A stretch of DNA of 64,000 nucleotides from Octopus sinensis (Eukaryota): positions 97,154,001-97,218,000 of the forward strand of contig NC_042998.1 in the NCBI RefSeq assembly GCF_006345805.1. Reading direction: 5' to 3'. Below the pieces are notes generated by a model. That model did not search any database, was not told where the DNA came from, and saw nothing but the letters and a program-made list of their open reading frames with translations. Shown here in pieces: positions 62,527 through 64,000 of this stretch (position 1 is the first letter of the stretch; each line of letters opens with the position of its first letter). Made by a program: the position numbers and the translations under genes.

Positions 62527-62925
62527 GCATAAATGTTAAATTTACAGGTAAGCAAATAGTTAAGGGCTGGAGAATCAAAATTTTAGGGATATATATATAT
62601 ATAAGGAAATTAGTTGATGCCAGACAGAAAAATCTTTGCCATACATCAGCAATATCAGTGTAGTTGTAGAAGAACCAAAAATGGTCTTGAGCATTGCTTC
62701 TGTCTCAAAACAAAATGATCATGGTTAATGGTGACTGTGTTAATTGGTGATAAGGTGGAAGAACAAATAAAAGCATTAAATAAATCTAATTTCTCTTAGA
62801 GACACATGATTTTTGGTTTATAGGGAAGGATAAATGGTGCTTGGTGCTGTTGATGTTGTCTCAAAAGCTTTAGAAACTAAGTGAAATGAATAGCTTATTT
62901 GAATACAATACTGAAAAATCCTTAC

Positions 62926-63090
62926 TTTGGCAGTTCTTAACATTACATTTTTGGAGTTGTATTTTGTCTCCAAGGCAGATGTGTCCACCATATTTTGGTT
63001 CATAGCATAGTCTAGTCCGTTCCTGTGTTCCTCCTTTACATGATTTACTGCAAGTTGACCATTCACTCCATTCAGACCACTCACCATCCA
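62926..63090 (-). CDS. HMCN1: Hemicentin exon, thrombospondin type-1 repeat (VDGEWSEWSEWSTCSKSCKGGTQERTRLC...CNVKNCQ)
   Basis: ttttcag acceptor, A|gtaagg donor, 165 bp, phase 1-1. WxxWxxWxxCSxxC and RxR motifs. The gene continues upstream beyond the window. Confidence 0.95.
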
Positions 63091-64000
63091 CTGAAAATTA
63101 AATACAGGAAAATTATAACAAAATTAAAGAAACACATTTAAATCAACATTTCATTTAAAATGAAAAGTATTTTCAGTTTAAAAAATCCTCTACCACTTCA
63201 ATTATCTGTCATATTGTGGATATGAGAATTAACCATTTATGTTCTCATATTAACATGTCACAAACAAGAGCCACATTACAACAGACCTTTATTTGAATTA
63301 TTTTAACACAATTAATAGTTGTATAAAGGGCATCCAATCATGGAAACCAATTGTGCCAAAGCAGATACTTGAGCTTGATATAGACCTCCTACTCATCTGA
63401 TTCTTTCAAACTGTTCTACCTTCATGCAAGTTACCTAATAACAGAGTGCAGAGAACACAAACAAGATGATAGTGGCTTACAAACTGAAATTAAACACCCA
63501 TGAAAAAAAATTATGTATATTTGTAAACTCTGTCATATGTTTAGAAAGCTCTTGTTCATGTCAATAATCCTCTGTCAGAAATATCTGTTAATACTTTTCT
63601 ATTTTTAAAATCTACCTTTACCTTTAGCACACTGTAGGTGCATCATGTCACTGTATGAATCTTCTCCCCTATAGTAACAGGGCAGTGGCAGAGGAAACAA
63701 TTCTAGAGAAAATGCAGTGTGCTCAAGGTTAATATTCAGTTCAGGTAACCCAAAAGAAACTCAACTGAAAACACTAATGATTACTGTTATTATTGGGATT
63801 TGAAGAACTGTTCAAGTCATGAAATTTACTTTAACATTCAGTTCATAGCCTTAAAGAAACGTTAGTCTTGCAAGTTGCATAGCAACTTCACTAGTGGAGG
63901 TTCCATGAAAAAAGTACTCAGTACATTCTGTAAGACTGTAACAATTTATGTTACTGTTTGGATTCAAAGAACCACCAAAAGTATGGACACAGATATTTGT

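Overview
Eukaryotic, AT-rich, CpG-poor, repeat-dense animal genomic DNA. The SINE and microsatellite landscape looks like an octopus or other coleoid genome (inference from recognised repeat families; no search run). Two multi-exon genes converge tail-to-tail. (1) On +, the last 8 coding exons (66-7726, about 384 aa) of BTAF1/Mot1, the SNF2-family TBP-displacing ATPase. (2) On -, the last 17 coding exons (63090 down to 16105, about 852 aa) of a hemicentin-1-like gene: last TSP1 repeat, G2F domain, 9 Ca-binding EGF modules with a linker, and the fibulin-type C-terminal domain. All exons were placed by hand from AG/GT sites and intron phases. Eight hemicentin exons are not translated in their coding frame in the ORF track. 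The rest is intronic or intergenic and is filled with decayed hAT, mariner, DD41D-like, piggyBac-MITE, Helitron-like, RTE, R4/Dong-like and Penelope elements, several tRNA-derived SINE families, and microsatellites. Nearly all other ORFs in the track are microsatellite or repeat noise. I found no prokaryotic genes, CRISPR array or clearly new multi-gene system. The most interesting leads are structural: fold-back elements that could form dsRNA (one pair brackets an in-frame 300-nt BTAF1 exon block, another overlaps a candidate BTAF1 poly(A) signal), a 188-bp near-perfect palindrome, footprints of possible EGF-exon duplication, a perfect 700-bp tandem duplication, and (AAT)n tracts that appear to be landing pads for site-specific retroelements. 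Repeat boundaries marked approx. were estimated by eye.
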